NCBI RefSeq assembly: GCF_000315625.1
Contig: NW_005434632.1
Location: 329,227 to 393,226 of the forward strand
Length of the DNA: 64,000 nucleotides
Source of the DNA: Guillardia theta CCMP2712
Lineage: Eukaryota > Protista > Cryptophyta
Reading direction: 5' to 3'
Shown one piece after another: positions 25,102 to 36,243 of the stretch. Numbering within the stretch: the stretch's first letter is position 1; each line of letters starts with the position of its first letter. A program made the position numbers and the translations under genes. Under the pieces are notes generated by a model. That model was not told the DNA's origin. It worked only from the letters and a program-made list of their open reading frames with translations, and ran no database searches.

Positions 25102-28100
25102 CCTCCCTCCCTCTCTCTCTCCCTCCCTCTCTCTCTCCCTCCCTCCCTCCTCTCTCTCTCTCAACAACACTGACGGCGATCCAACAGGATTTTCACTCCT
25201 CTCCATCCAACAATCGTCCTTCTCCCAAGGAGCCTCCAACGTCATCACAGTCGCCCTCAGCCCCTACGTCTCGATCGCATCTCCAGCTGACCTCTACTTC
25301 TACGGACTCCAAGGCGCCTCCGCTCCCCCTGGTGTCATCAACCTCCTTGACTCCTCTCCCTCTACCGTCTGTGTCGACGAGGTCCAGTGCTACAAGTTCT
25401 TCGACGTGACGATCTTCGGAGACGGCCTGGCGAAGGCTGTCTGGCTCGATGCCGACAAGACCCTCCAACTTCGCTCCAACAGGCTGATCACCCCGCAGAT
25501 GACCGTCAAGTTTTCTTGGGTCCTCACCAACGAGCTGGCAGGACAGTCCTCTCCTCAGGTCTTCGCCGCTGGGAGCTCCGGCAACTGCTCTCTCGGCATC
25601 ACGCCCTTTACGAGTCCAGCTGGTGATCAGCAGGTCTTGCTCATCGCAGACGTTGTGGACTCGCTTGTAAGTCAGTCGACTCCAATCAACTCAGCTGTCA
25701 ACACTATCACTGTTCGACTCTCCTTCAACTTCAACCTGGGACAACAGGATTTCTCGGTCCTCACTCTGAGCGGCCTCGGAGCCTCCTCCTCTGACGACGG
25801 TTTCCTCCCCATCTCCTCCCCCACAAATCAATCATGGCCAGCGCTCGGGGCAATAGCGCACTACAAGTCAGCGACGAGTTCTGTTGTCATGAACATCAGC
25901 AACGTGAGATCGTTTACCAACTACTCCTTCTCCTTCAACCTCTCCAATCCGAGCGCAGGGCAGCTGGCCCCAGTCATAGTGCTCAACATGTCCGGCGCCG
26001 CAACAATCATCAACAAAGTATTGAAGAACGACCTGGGAACCTCTGCTCCTTTCTTCGTCTACGGGTACGCATTTCAGCTTGTTGTTGACATGTTACTTCC
26101 TTGCGACCATGTTGTTCCGTCCCGTTTCTTCATCTCGACCACTTCGGTGTCTGCCTTGATACTTCTGACTTGTATTGCTCGCTCGATCTCTTTCTTCTCA
26201 CCAGTTCTGAAATGTTCTCCGCAGTTTCATAGAGAAATCTGGTGCACAGAGCTCCGCATTGCGTGACGCAACGAATTCAATCTCGATCTATTTGACATCC
26301 ACCGTTCTAATACCATCAGGGACGAAGATAGTTCTAGAGGGCATCAAAGAGACAAACTCCCTGGCTACAACTCTGAATGTCTTGATGAATGCTTCTTCAG
26401 CGTACTCGATCACAGCTGACTGGAACATATCTGGGACGGTGAGCAAACAGCAGTCGGTTTTCTTTCTCTGACTTGAAAGTAGCTATCCCTGACAACAAGT
26501 GCTGACGTTCAAGAGTTCCAACCTTTCCTTCTGACGTTCCAGGTTTCAAGGAACTCTTCTTCTTGCCCCATCTGAGCTTGTTGCCGCACAGGTCAACAAC
26601 CCGTCTCTCCCCCAAGCAGCTCCTCCCATCTTCATCTCATCCTCGGGCTCCGATCCCTCCTCTACATTCCTGCCGACTCTTTTGGACAGTTTTCCACTAC
26701 CAAACTCTCAAATCTTGCAGATCATGGGCTTCATCGAAGCTGCCGCAAGTCAAACGAACCCTTCCGTCCTCGCTCTCAACGTCATCACCCTTACTTTCTC
26801 CATGTACGCCTCACTCGACGCTTCTTCCCACGTCACCATCACCGGCCTCGCCGGCTCGTTCTCCAACAGCAGCATCAAAGTCCCGGTCATCGAGCTTACA
26901 GGTCATTTTGCAACCTACGGACTGTGGAACGAATCCAAGGGATCTCTTGTTTTGACTGCTGCCACTTGGACTCTCCCCGGCCTCTTGTACAACTTCACCT
27001 TCGAGCTGTACAACCCGCAGGCTGGTCGCCCAGCCGCAGCCATAGAGATCGAATCAGACTGGCCGATCCCACGGTATCCTGTCACGCCAGCAGCAGGGAG
27101 CAAGGCACCGTTCCTGATCCAGGAGTTCACAGTCCGCGAGATGTACCAGGTCAACCCCGGGGTGTCGCAATGGAATCTGATCACGGTAACGATTCAGTCG
27201 CGAACAGAGCTGCGTTCCTTTCCTGCAGAGATCAGCATCGTCTCGCCGGGGAGAGGCTACGTCCCTGGCGACCTCCTGCCCCTCCCCTCGGGGGCAGGCA
27301 GCGGCTTTCGAGCGACCTTCGACGTGGGTGACGCAGGAGAAATTTCTCAGATCCGCATCCTGGACTTCGGGGAGGGATACAACGAGAGCGTACAGCTCTA
27401 CCCAATGTACCCCAACACATCCACAAGGATGGATCAGACTGTAACTGCGATCATCGTTGCTGCTGGCGGGGTGAACTACGTCGAGGGGGAGGTGTATGGG
27501 CAGGACACGATCGTGGGATCCGGGAAGTTCCTAGGTATCGCGCTAGTGAACCAGGCAGGGTCCATCAGCGAAGTCCGAATGGTCGACCATGGCAGCAACT
27601 TTCAGTCCAACATCTTCAACATCAACCTGAGGTATACGGACACGAAGGAGGTCATGACGAATTCGATCTCCTCAGTCGACATCATCGGGCCGACAGCTTC
27701 CTGCCTAGTGGGGACTGTGATCGTGGCGTCGAGCTCGTCTGGCAGAGACTTCAAGGCAGAGGTGGACGCGATAGATCCCTTCACTGGAGAGATCCTCTCC
27801 TTGAAAATCATAGCGCACGGGATCGACTACTTGTCAACTCCTTACCTCTATTCTGAGACTGCAGGCTGTTTCTGCACCGTTTCTCCTGTCAACTCATCCC
27901 TCTTGGATAAGTGCCTTGTCGCTAAGAGGGCCCACAACGCAAGTTTCTTCGCGACCGTCGGGCTGGATGCTGACGTTCAAGGGTTCACACCCACCATCAA
28001 GTTCTCAGGGCTGGAAGGGTACCCCCTGTGGACCACGGACAACATGATACCCATCAACAAGGTGGGCGGGACAGGGGTCCTCCCTACCTTCGGGCAGTAC

Positions 28101-31100
28101 ATGAAATGGGATGAAGTATCAGGGGAGCTAACTCTGGTAGTCAAGTCTACGATGCTTGCAGACGTCTCGTACGCCTTCGAGTTCCTCGTCATGAATCCCA
28201 GTGCCGCCCTCGACTCTCCCACCCTCTACATCCAGTCGACAGGCATCGCAAGCTCCCCGGCTATTGTCAACTCGTCGGCTGGCATTCATATACCTTTCTT
28301 GACTGCTGGATTCTACACCAACCAGAGCCTCTGCTGGCAGACGGACCCGGGGCAGAACACGTCCAACATGCTCACTGTCTCTCTCCTCTCACGCTCCGAT
28401 CTCCCGCTCATCCCAGCGTCCTTCAACCTATCGAGCGGAGGGATAAACTACATCGCAGGCGATCTCGTCATCGACGGTTACAACACCTCAGACTTCCTGG
28501 CAAACTTCGACGTGGACGTCAACGGGACGATAAGCCGCCTGTACCTCCGATGGGTCAGCGACAGCTTTGCCTGGTCAGCTGGACTGCAGCTGAGCATCGT
28601 CTATCCCGGCACCTTCACCCCGCAAGGCTCCACAATCACCAGCATCCTCCTTGTCTCTGGCGGCAGCGGGCTGGATCCGCCCGACGGCACTTACGATGGG
28701 GTGGTCAACAGTCTGGGGGTTGATGGAAATGGTTTCGCTTGGTCCTACACCGTCCAGGGAGGGAGGGTGGTCTCTGCTGAGGTCAAGTCGGGGGGTTCAG
28801 GGTACCTGGTGTCAAAACCTCCGACCCTTCTCCTTAACAACGTGCACGAAGGCAATTCCAACAATGTGAAGCCGGTGATGGTAGTGCGATGCGCGGGAGG
28901 AGCTCAGGTCAGCTTGCTTCCAGCTGCCATCACCATCTCCGGGCTCGTGGGGACTGCTCTAGAGGCCAAGTCGATGCCAATCACGCAGAAATCCGGCAAT
29001 GGGATCTCGATCTTTGATGCGTCCGCCGGGTGGAACAGGACGGCCGGCTTGCTTGTCCTGTCGTTGGTGAAGCCAGTCTTGAAGGATGTTGACTACACTA
29101 TCATGTTCACTGTGATCAACGGTCTGAGCAAGCAGGAGCCCCCACCGATCTTCGTCTCTGGTCAGACAGGCATCTCCCTTGCGCGCCTGCAGCTATCGAC
29201 CCTGCCAGGCAGGAACTCCCAGCCCCTGCTCATCGCTGGGGTCTACCTGGCTTCAGTGTCACAGAGCAATCCGGGTCAGGGAGCTTTCAACACCATCTCC
29301 ATAAGTGTCACTTTCAACTTCGACGTGTTCCCCCTCACCACGCCGACCAACCTGACCATCTCCGGCCTCTCCGGGACCTCGTTCCCCTCCATGCAGACCA
29401 TGGTGTTCAGCAGTGGAGTGACAGATTCTAACGGCTATTGGAACAGCAGCGGGCAGCTCCTTGTGCAGTTTGTACAGCCCGTGTCGGCAGGGTTTTCGTT
29501 CTCTCTGCAATTCGGGTTGAACAACCCGCTCAAGTACCAGGACGCCGTCGATGTCTACCTCGCTACCTCTGGGGTAAGGACGTTTCCTGCCCTCCTCACC
29601 CCTGGCAAGGGGCTGTACGCTCCCCTCTACATCATTGGCTTCAGACACGCCAAACTCTACCAAAGCGACCCGTCAGTGTCGTCCACCAATACCCTCGTCC
29701 TCGAGCTGAACTTCTTCGGTTCCATCCCAGCCAACTGGCAGAACTCCTCCATTCAGATCCTACTCTCCAACCTCGTCAGCAGCGCCACTCGCTTGCAGAA
29801 TATCATCCTGTCCAACGTTCGCAACGGAGGAGCAGACCTCTTCGGCGGGGTAGCAAGGTGGAGCCAAGGGGACGGCAACTTGACCTTGACGCTTGTACAG
29901 AGCCCCGTTGACAACGTGACCTACGCCTTCTCCTTCTCATTGACGAATCCTGTCAGGCAACAGGAATCTCCCGCAGTCTCGATCGCCGCGTTTGGCCTCA
30001 CAGTCCTGCCGTTGGAAGTCTCTAAGGGTCAGGGCAACGCCGCGCCCCTTCTGATCGCCGGGTTTGACACGAAGTCCATCTCCCAGTCTACCGTTTCGCA
30101 GGCGGTTGACAACCAGATAACCGTCAGCTTCAGTCTCAACATCGACCTGTCTGCGATATCAGGAGTGTATGTGGAAGTCTCAGGTTTGGTGGGCAGCAGC
30201 ACTCTTGGCGATCAGAACTTGGCAGTCTCAAGTCCTAACGCCTCTGCTCTTGCGAGCACAGCATCGTGGTTGCAGAATGAGAAGATAAGAGTCGCTCTCT
30301 TGACAGATCTCAACCGACAGAAGGTTGTCATCTTCACCGTCACCTTGAGGAACCCGCTGGTGCCAAACTCGGCTACTCCCGTGTACATCTCCGTCTCATC
30401 AGCTGGAAAGCAGCTCTGCATGTCAGAGATGGAGGCGGGGACCGGAAACAAACATCCTTTGTTAATCGCTGGCTTCTCCTACCTGCAGCTCGGACAGTCC
30501 AACGCTGACGTGTGGGGTTTCAACGAGCTAACGGTCACGTTGAGTTTGAACTGCGATCTTACCTTCGCCGACGGAGAAAACTTCCTCCTCTTGACAGGTC
30601 TTGCTCGAGACGTCCTTCTGTCGCTCTCTACAGTGCCTGTACTCCACATCTCCAACTTCGCCTCCTCCAACTCGTCAGCATACTTCGACCCGTACCTGGG
30701 AGGCCTCAGGTTCAACTTCACCAGGCAGACAGCCTTCTATGCACAGGTAACGCGATGGCACCCTCTATTGCTCTCTCAGCCCACTGACTGTTGCTGTCGC
30801 AGCTGCAGTACGTGTTCCGCATCACCGTCGTCAACTCTCAGTCCGTCCTCAGACCGAGCCAGCTCTTCCTCGCCTCCTCGGGCAAGATAATCGTCTCTCC
30901 TTCCCTTGTGGTCTCCTCCCCTGGGATCACTGCCTACCAGACCCTAGCTTCCTTCGCCCAGGACTTCGCCGCCACCTGCGTCATCGATGGAACCTGGACC
31001 AGCAAGACAGCTGGCAGCTGGGTGGGCAGGAGGGACTTTGCGGCAGTTCAGCGCAACGGCATGCCCATCGTTACCGACCACCCCGAGATCTTCGGCTTCG

Positions 31101-34100
31101 AGGCTCTCTGGACGCAGACGGACGGCAGGCTGATCGTGCAGACGTCATGGCAGGGGGCGATGGAGCGAGGGGGCGTCTACTCCTTCTCCTTCACCCTGCT
31201 GAACCCCAGCAAGGTGCAAGCGGCGAGCGAGATCTCGATCTTCGTGGACGGGCCCGACCCCATCTGGAACGAGACGATGACGTTAGGGGTGGATGGGAAC
31301 GGCCAGCTGGACCCCAGCAGAAGCCCGTTGAAGACGGTCACGACCGCCTGGCTGGCCGCAAACATCTCACAGAACTCTTCGATCCCCGGGCATGCGAACC
31401 TCCTGACCGTCACGTTTGCCAGCTGGACAGACATCCCAGCGGGCTCTGCTATTTCCCTGGTCGGGCTGACTGGCTCATCCACCAGCGACACCTCCTCGCT
31501 GCCCCTAGTCCAGGTAGGAGGCTTCCTGCTGGGCTCGGCAGCCTGGGCCAAGCAGCAGGGCCAGCTGGTGGTATACAGCTCGACGAAGCTGAACGCGACT
31601 GTTGTTCACTCGTTTTCGTTTGTCCTTCAGAATGGCCCGACGGGTCAAACTGCTCGATCGGTCTCCATCTCCGTGGCAGGCGCCGACGCTCTCCCCGCAG
31701 TGGCGATGCAGACGGATTTCTCCATCCCTGTCCCCCCGGGGTTCACCGCCCTGGACCTCGCGCCCTTGCGGATCCTCGGGAGCTCGTTCCTGATCAAGAG
31801 CATCGGTCAGACAGCATCCTACCCCGCCGCGCTCAACTCCATCGTCATCACCCTGATGACCTCCGTCGATCTTAACGTTGGGGTAAGGCTGACGATCTCC
31901 GGGCTGACTGGCTCGTCTACCCCTGACTCGACTCTCAACGCAAGTTTCCCGCTAGTCTCTCCGCCTCTGTTCTCCTCGGGGGTCTGGACTAGAGCAGTCG
32001 GGGTCATAGTCTTCACGCTCACAGAGCCGATCGTAGCTGGAGTTTCATACAGCTTCTCCTTCAAGCTGCAGAATCCATCAACAGCCCAGTCGTCTCCCTC
32101 CGTCTACATCGTTGCCAGCTCCTCCATCGTCACCAGCGCTCTCATGGACAAGGATACAACGAGCGCGACCGCCGAGACTGGCACAGTAGCAGGGGATGCG
32201 AGCCCCCTCAAGGTGTACGGTCCATCGTTCATCGTCAAGAGGATAGAGCAGTCTACAACGTTCCCTTCCAGCAGCAACTTCTTGCTTGCCTCGTTTGCTC
32301 TCAATTCCGCTATCACCACCTCTGACAGGACTTTCATCCACCTCAGAGGGTTCCAGGGAGCTGCTACCCCATCTGCAAGCGGGTACACAGTCTCCTCCTC
32401 CTCTCCGGTGATCCAGGGCTCTGGAACCTGGAGCAACTCAGGAGCAGCACTGCCCATCCTCGAGGTCGACCTGGTACCCAACGTCACCCTACCAGCTGGA
32501 ACCCTGGTGAACTTTACCTTCTCCCTCTTGAACCCCTCCAGCGAGCAACCTTCTTCTCCTGTCACCATCACTCTCACCCAGTACCAGTGGACCAGCCTGA
32601 TGGATGTCAATTCCAGCAAAGTCCTTGACTTCCCCGGCTCGGTCCCAGGGGACGCCGTCCCCTTGAAGGTCAACAGCCCGGCCTTGATCGTGAGCAAGAT
32701 CGCCCAGTCCTCTCCCTTCCCCGACGACAGTAACACTCTGGTCGTCTCCCTGGCTGCCAACGTCGATCTGTACGCCTCCTCCACCGTCGACATCTACGGC
32801 CTCTACGGGAGCGCCAGCCCTGACGGCCCGCTCGAGATAGCATACGAGGGAGGCAAGACAACATTTCCAGTCTTCGGCTCCACGTGCATGTGGTACCAGT
32901 CCGTCGGGCGGCTGACGCTGGAGGTAGGTTTTGATCAGATGCTGGTAGCTGGTCAGCTGGTCGTCCTGAACGTGACCTTGCTCAATCCCGGATCCGCAAA
33001 CTCCGAGTCTGTGGTCTATGCAGAGGTACAGGCGATGATGATGACAACGAATGTTTTGGTCAGCATAACTCTGCCCTCCGTCATGATGGGTACGGACAGT
33101 CCCAGCAGCACTCCAGCATACTACAGGGTCGGGGACAACCTTCCCTTCCGAGTCTACTCTCCTGGCTTTCAAGGGGCGCAGATCCAGCAGAACTCAACTC
33201 TGCCACGAGCGAGCAACAGAATCTCTACCCAGTTCGTCTCCAACGAACCGTGTAGCTCTACAACCAACATCACCATCGTCCTGACCGGTCTCATCGGGTC
33301 CAACACAACCTCCACATCCTCCTTCTCGGTCTCCCTGTCGGAGGACGGCGGCACGGCCATCGCGACCTCCTCTTGCTCTTGGACGCAACAGACTGGAACC
33401 CTCCAGTTCATGTCGTTGGGCGACATCGTCCCCGGTTTGAGTTACACCTTCAGTTTCATCCTCAGGAACCCGAGTCGAGCACAAGATCCCCCAGCTTCCG
33501 TCCAGCTGCTCCTCCAGTGTGGAGTTTTCCAGTTCATCACCAACCCGGGGGTAGACGTTGACTGCATATCGACGAGCTCACTACAAGACTGCTCTCCTCT
33601 CTATGTCAAGAACCCTTCCTTCCTGATCAAGACCATAGTTCAAAGCTCCCCTGTCATCAACCAACTGAACGTCATCACAGTCACCCTGTCGCCCAACATC
33701 GACCTGCCCCCTGCTCTCCGGATCACGATCTCAGGCTTGAAGGCCTCGGCGTCTCCCGACTCGGAGGAGATCGTTGTAACAGGTGGATACAGGACAGACA
33801 GCACGACGAGCAGCTCTTACACCTTCTTCTCAGATGTCAGGGCCTTCCGAGGCGGCTCTTTCAGCATCATTGCCAACTCCAGCACATGGCCAGCAAGGGA
33901 CGGGCACAGTCTGCTCAACCATCAGGGGTCGCTGCTGATCATGGGAGGCTGGGGGGGTCCCAACGGGGGAGGTTACCTCAACGACGTGTGGAGATCCAGG
34001 GACGACGGAGCCACCTGGTCCGTGGTGACGTCAGCGAGTAGTTGGAACGTTCGCGGGTACTTTGCAAGCCTGATCCTCGAAGATCGGCTCTACGTCTTCG

Positions 34101-34776
34101 GCGGCCAAGGCTTTGCGAGCGGCAGGGCCCAGCTGTTCAACGACGTCTGGAGCTCCACCGACGGCCTCAGCTGGACCTCAGTCACTTCAGCCGCTGCCTG
34201 GTCGCCAAGGTGAACTTCCTTGCTGCTCTACGAGGCCGAGAGACTGACCGTCTGACTGCGCACAGGTTTCAGCACGGGCTGATCAAACAGATCCTCAATG
34301 GCAGGAAGACTCTCTTCCTCACCGCGGGAATCAGCTGCTCGTCTGGGTGCACACGATACAACACCAACCTCCCCGGCTGCCAGCTCCTGACCAGCTCGCG
34401 CTCCAGCTGCTGCGTCCAGTACCAAGACTGCGCGGAGTACAAGGCCGTCAACGACGTTTACAGCTCCACGGACAACGGGGCAACTTGGAAACTTGCCACA
34501 GCATCCGCAGCCTGGGCCCCGAGGGCCTCGTTCGGCTTCGCTGCCGATCACAACGGAACCATGTACGTGTACGGGGGGACGTCGGGGGTGGACACCTTCT
34601 ATGGGGACTTGTGGAGGAGCAACGATGGTGTCTCCTGGTACCAGGTTCAGGCGTCCGTGGCCGTGGGGTCGAGGGCAGGAGGAAGGCTCATTGCTACCTC
34701 TCAGTGCCTGTTCTACATCGGAGGATGGAACCGGGCCGGGGCCCAGGACTACCCAAACGACTTGATCACTCCCTAG
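17876..34776 (+). CDS. Giant (~5,100 aa) secreted repeat protein: signal peptide, roughly 25-30 beta-rich modules of ~150 aa, C-terminal Kelch-like propeller; ~12 exons
   Basis: Leader MFGGRSWWILFLFLVSCHLEFSSC. Recurrent module QS...NxITVT...ITISGLxG...W...GxLxL...FSFxLxNP..Q...PLxIAGF in ORFs 17867, 19804, 21305, 22093, 24947, 26682 and 30791, joined by GT-AG introns (e.g. 19716-19786). Kelch-like repeats in 33770-34776. Length is a hand sum of approximate exons. Confidence 0.88.
24995..25162. repeat. (CT)n microsatellite in an intron of the giant gene
   Basis: Direct inspection. Confidence 0.95.
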
Positions 34777-36243
34777 TAACAGGTTCTATTAAACTTCTAC
34801 ATCCTCCTCTTAGTACAGCTCCAAAGGAGACTGATGGGTAGCAAAGTCAGTCAAACAGGTGAAGGAATAGCAGGAGCAGGAGCAGGAGCAGGAGCAGAGG
34901 AGCAGGAGAGCAGAAGGAGGAGGATGAAGATGAGGGAGTGCAGGAGGAGGAGGGTTCGCACTCACATTCATTCTGCGCCCAGCCCAGGCAGCCTGCGCAA
35001 ACCTAGAAGACTGCAGAGAAACTATGAGCCGACTGTACTCCAACCAAGAAGTAAAATACACACCACGGCGCCAGAGCCACCGTCCTCTCTCGCTAGGGAA
35101 GCAAGGGGGGAAGCCCCAACGTTAGCAATCGATCCAAACTATCAACATAAATCAGTAAAAATGCCTCAAGCAGATGTAGGGTGGAGACGCGGGTGAAAAG
35201 TGCAACAGAAGAGTTGCTGAGTTCGAGGCTCGCGGAAACTTGGGGCAAAACACAACACAGAGAACAGGGGAAGATCAGAGTATAAGCTTTGCCAGAGAAA
35301 AACTGTGAGAAGGTTCATCGATGGGGATCAGAAAAAACAAATTGGAATAAATTCAAAGCATCAAAAAACGAATCAAGGATGCACCATGGAAGCACAAAGA
35401 AGGAAACTTCATAGCAGAAGAGATTACATATAGAGTAAGGAGCAGACAACACAAAGAAAAATGCGGGAAAGCAGAGAAAATTCACAACGTGACAGTGAGG
35501 AACAAGGAGGCAGGAGTAGCGGGAAAGGCAGAGGAGGCTGAAGCTAAGGGGAGGAAGGGAAGGCAGGAGAGGATGGGGGAGGGGAGGGAGTAGGAGCAGG
35601 GAGGAGGTGGGTGGGTGGGGTAGGGAGCGACGCAGGAGAGCCCATTGCTGCGTCAGCATTTACCATGAGCTTCTGAAGCGCCATCCTTCGCCTGGAATAG
35701 ATATATAAAAGCTTTTAAAACTACAAAAAATATTGTAACATTTTAAAAATAATGTAAAGTTTTTGTGTTGGTACATTAATTTTATCCAAATGCGGTAGTA
35801 GTAGAAAAGTTTTGTCACCGACCCCTCGATAGAACGAAAAACACCCGCAAATGTCCTTCTCGGGGGGTGGGTTTGCCTCTTCGTACCATAATTCAATAGT
35901 ACACTTTAAAATTTACTCATTATAATATAAAACGATTTTTTAGATTCTGTGAGGAAGGTTACGAGCCTCCCTGGCCCGCTCTTGTCGGGGCGCATATCAG
36001 GGCAGGGAGGAGGGAGGAGGGAGAAGGGAGGAGGAGGGAGCAAGTAGGAAGGAAGAAGTTGGGAGGAGCAACAAGCAAGCAACGAGCAGGACATGTCGTT
36101 TCCAGGAGCAGATGGTGTGTCATAGATCATGTTGTCTGAGACGACATCAGCATAACAGTAATCTGGTCGGAGGTTGAGATCGAGGTTCCCACCGAGCCAT
36201 GGGCGCATTTTCGTACAACGCGATGACATGGCAGCATCGAGGC

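Noticed and set aside
27220-28925. Integrated prophage or endogenous virus
   Set aside because: The phage-like repeats are in-frame parts of a spliced gene; no capsid, integrase, polymerase or terminal repeats were seen.
18110-34551. Numerous minus-strand and alternate-frame ORFs within the giant gene
   Set aside because: Shadow ORFs of GC-rich coding sequence with no motifs.
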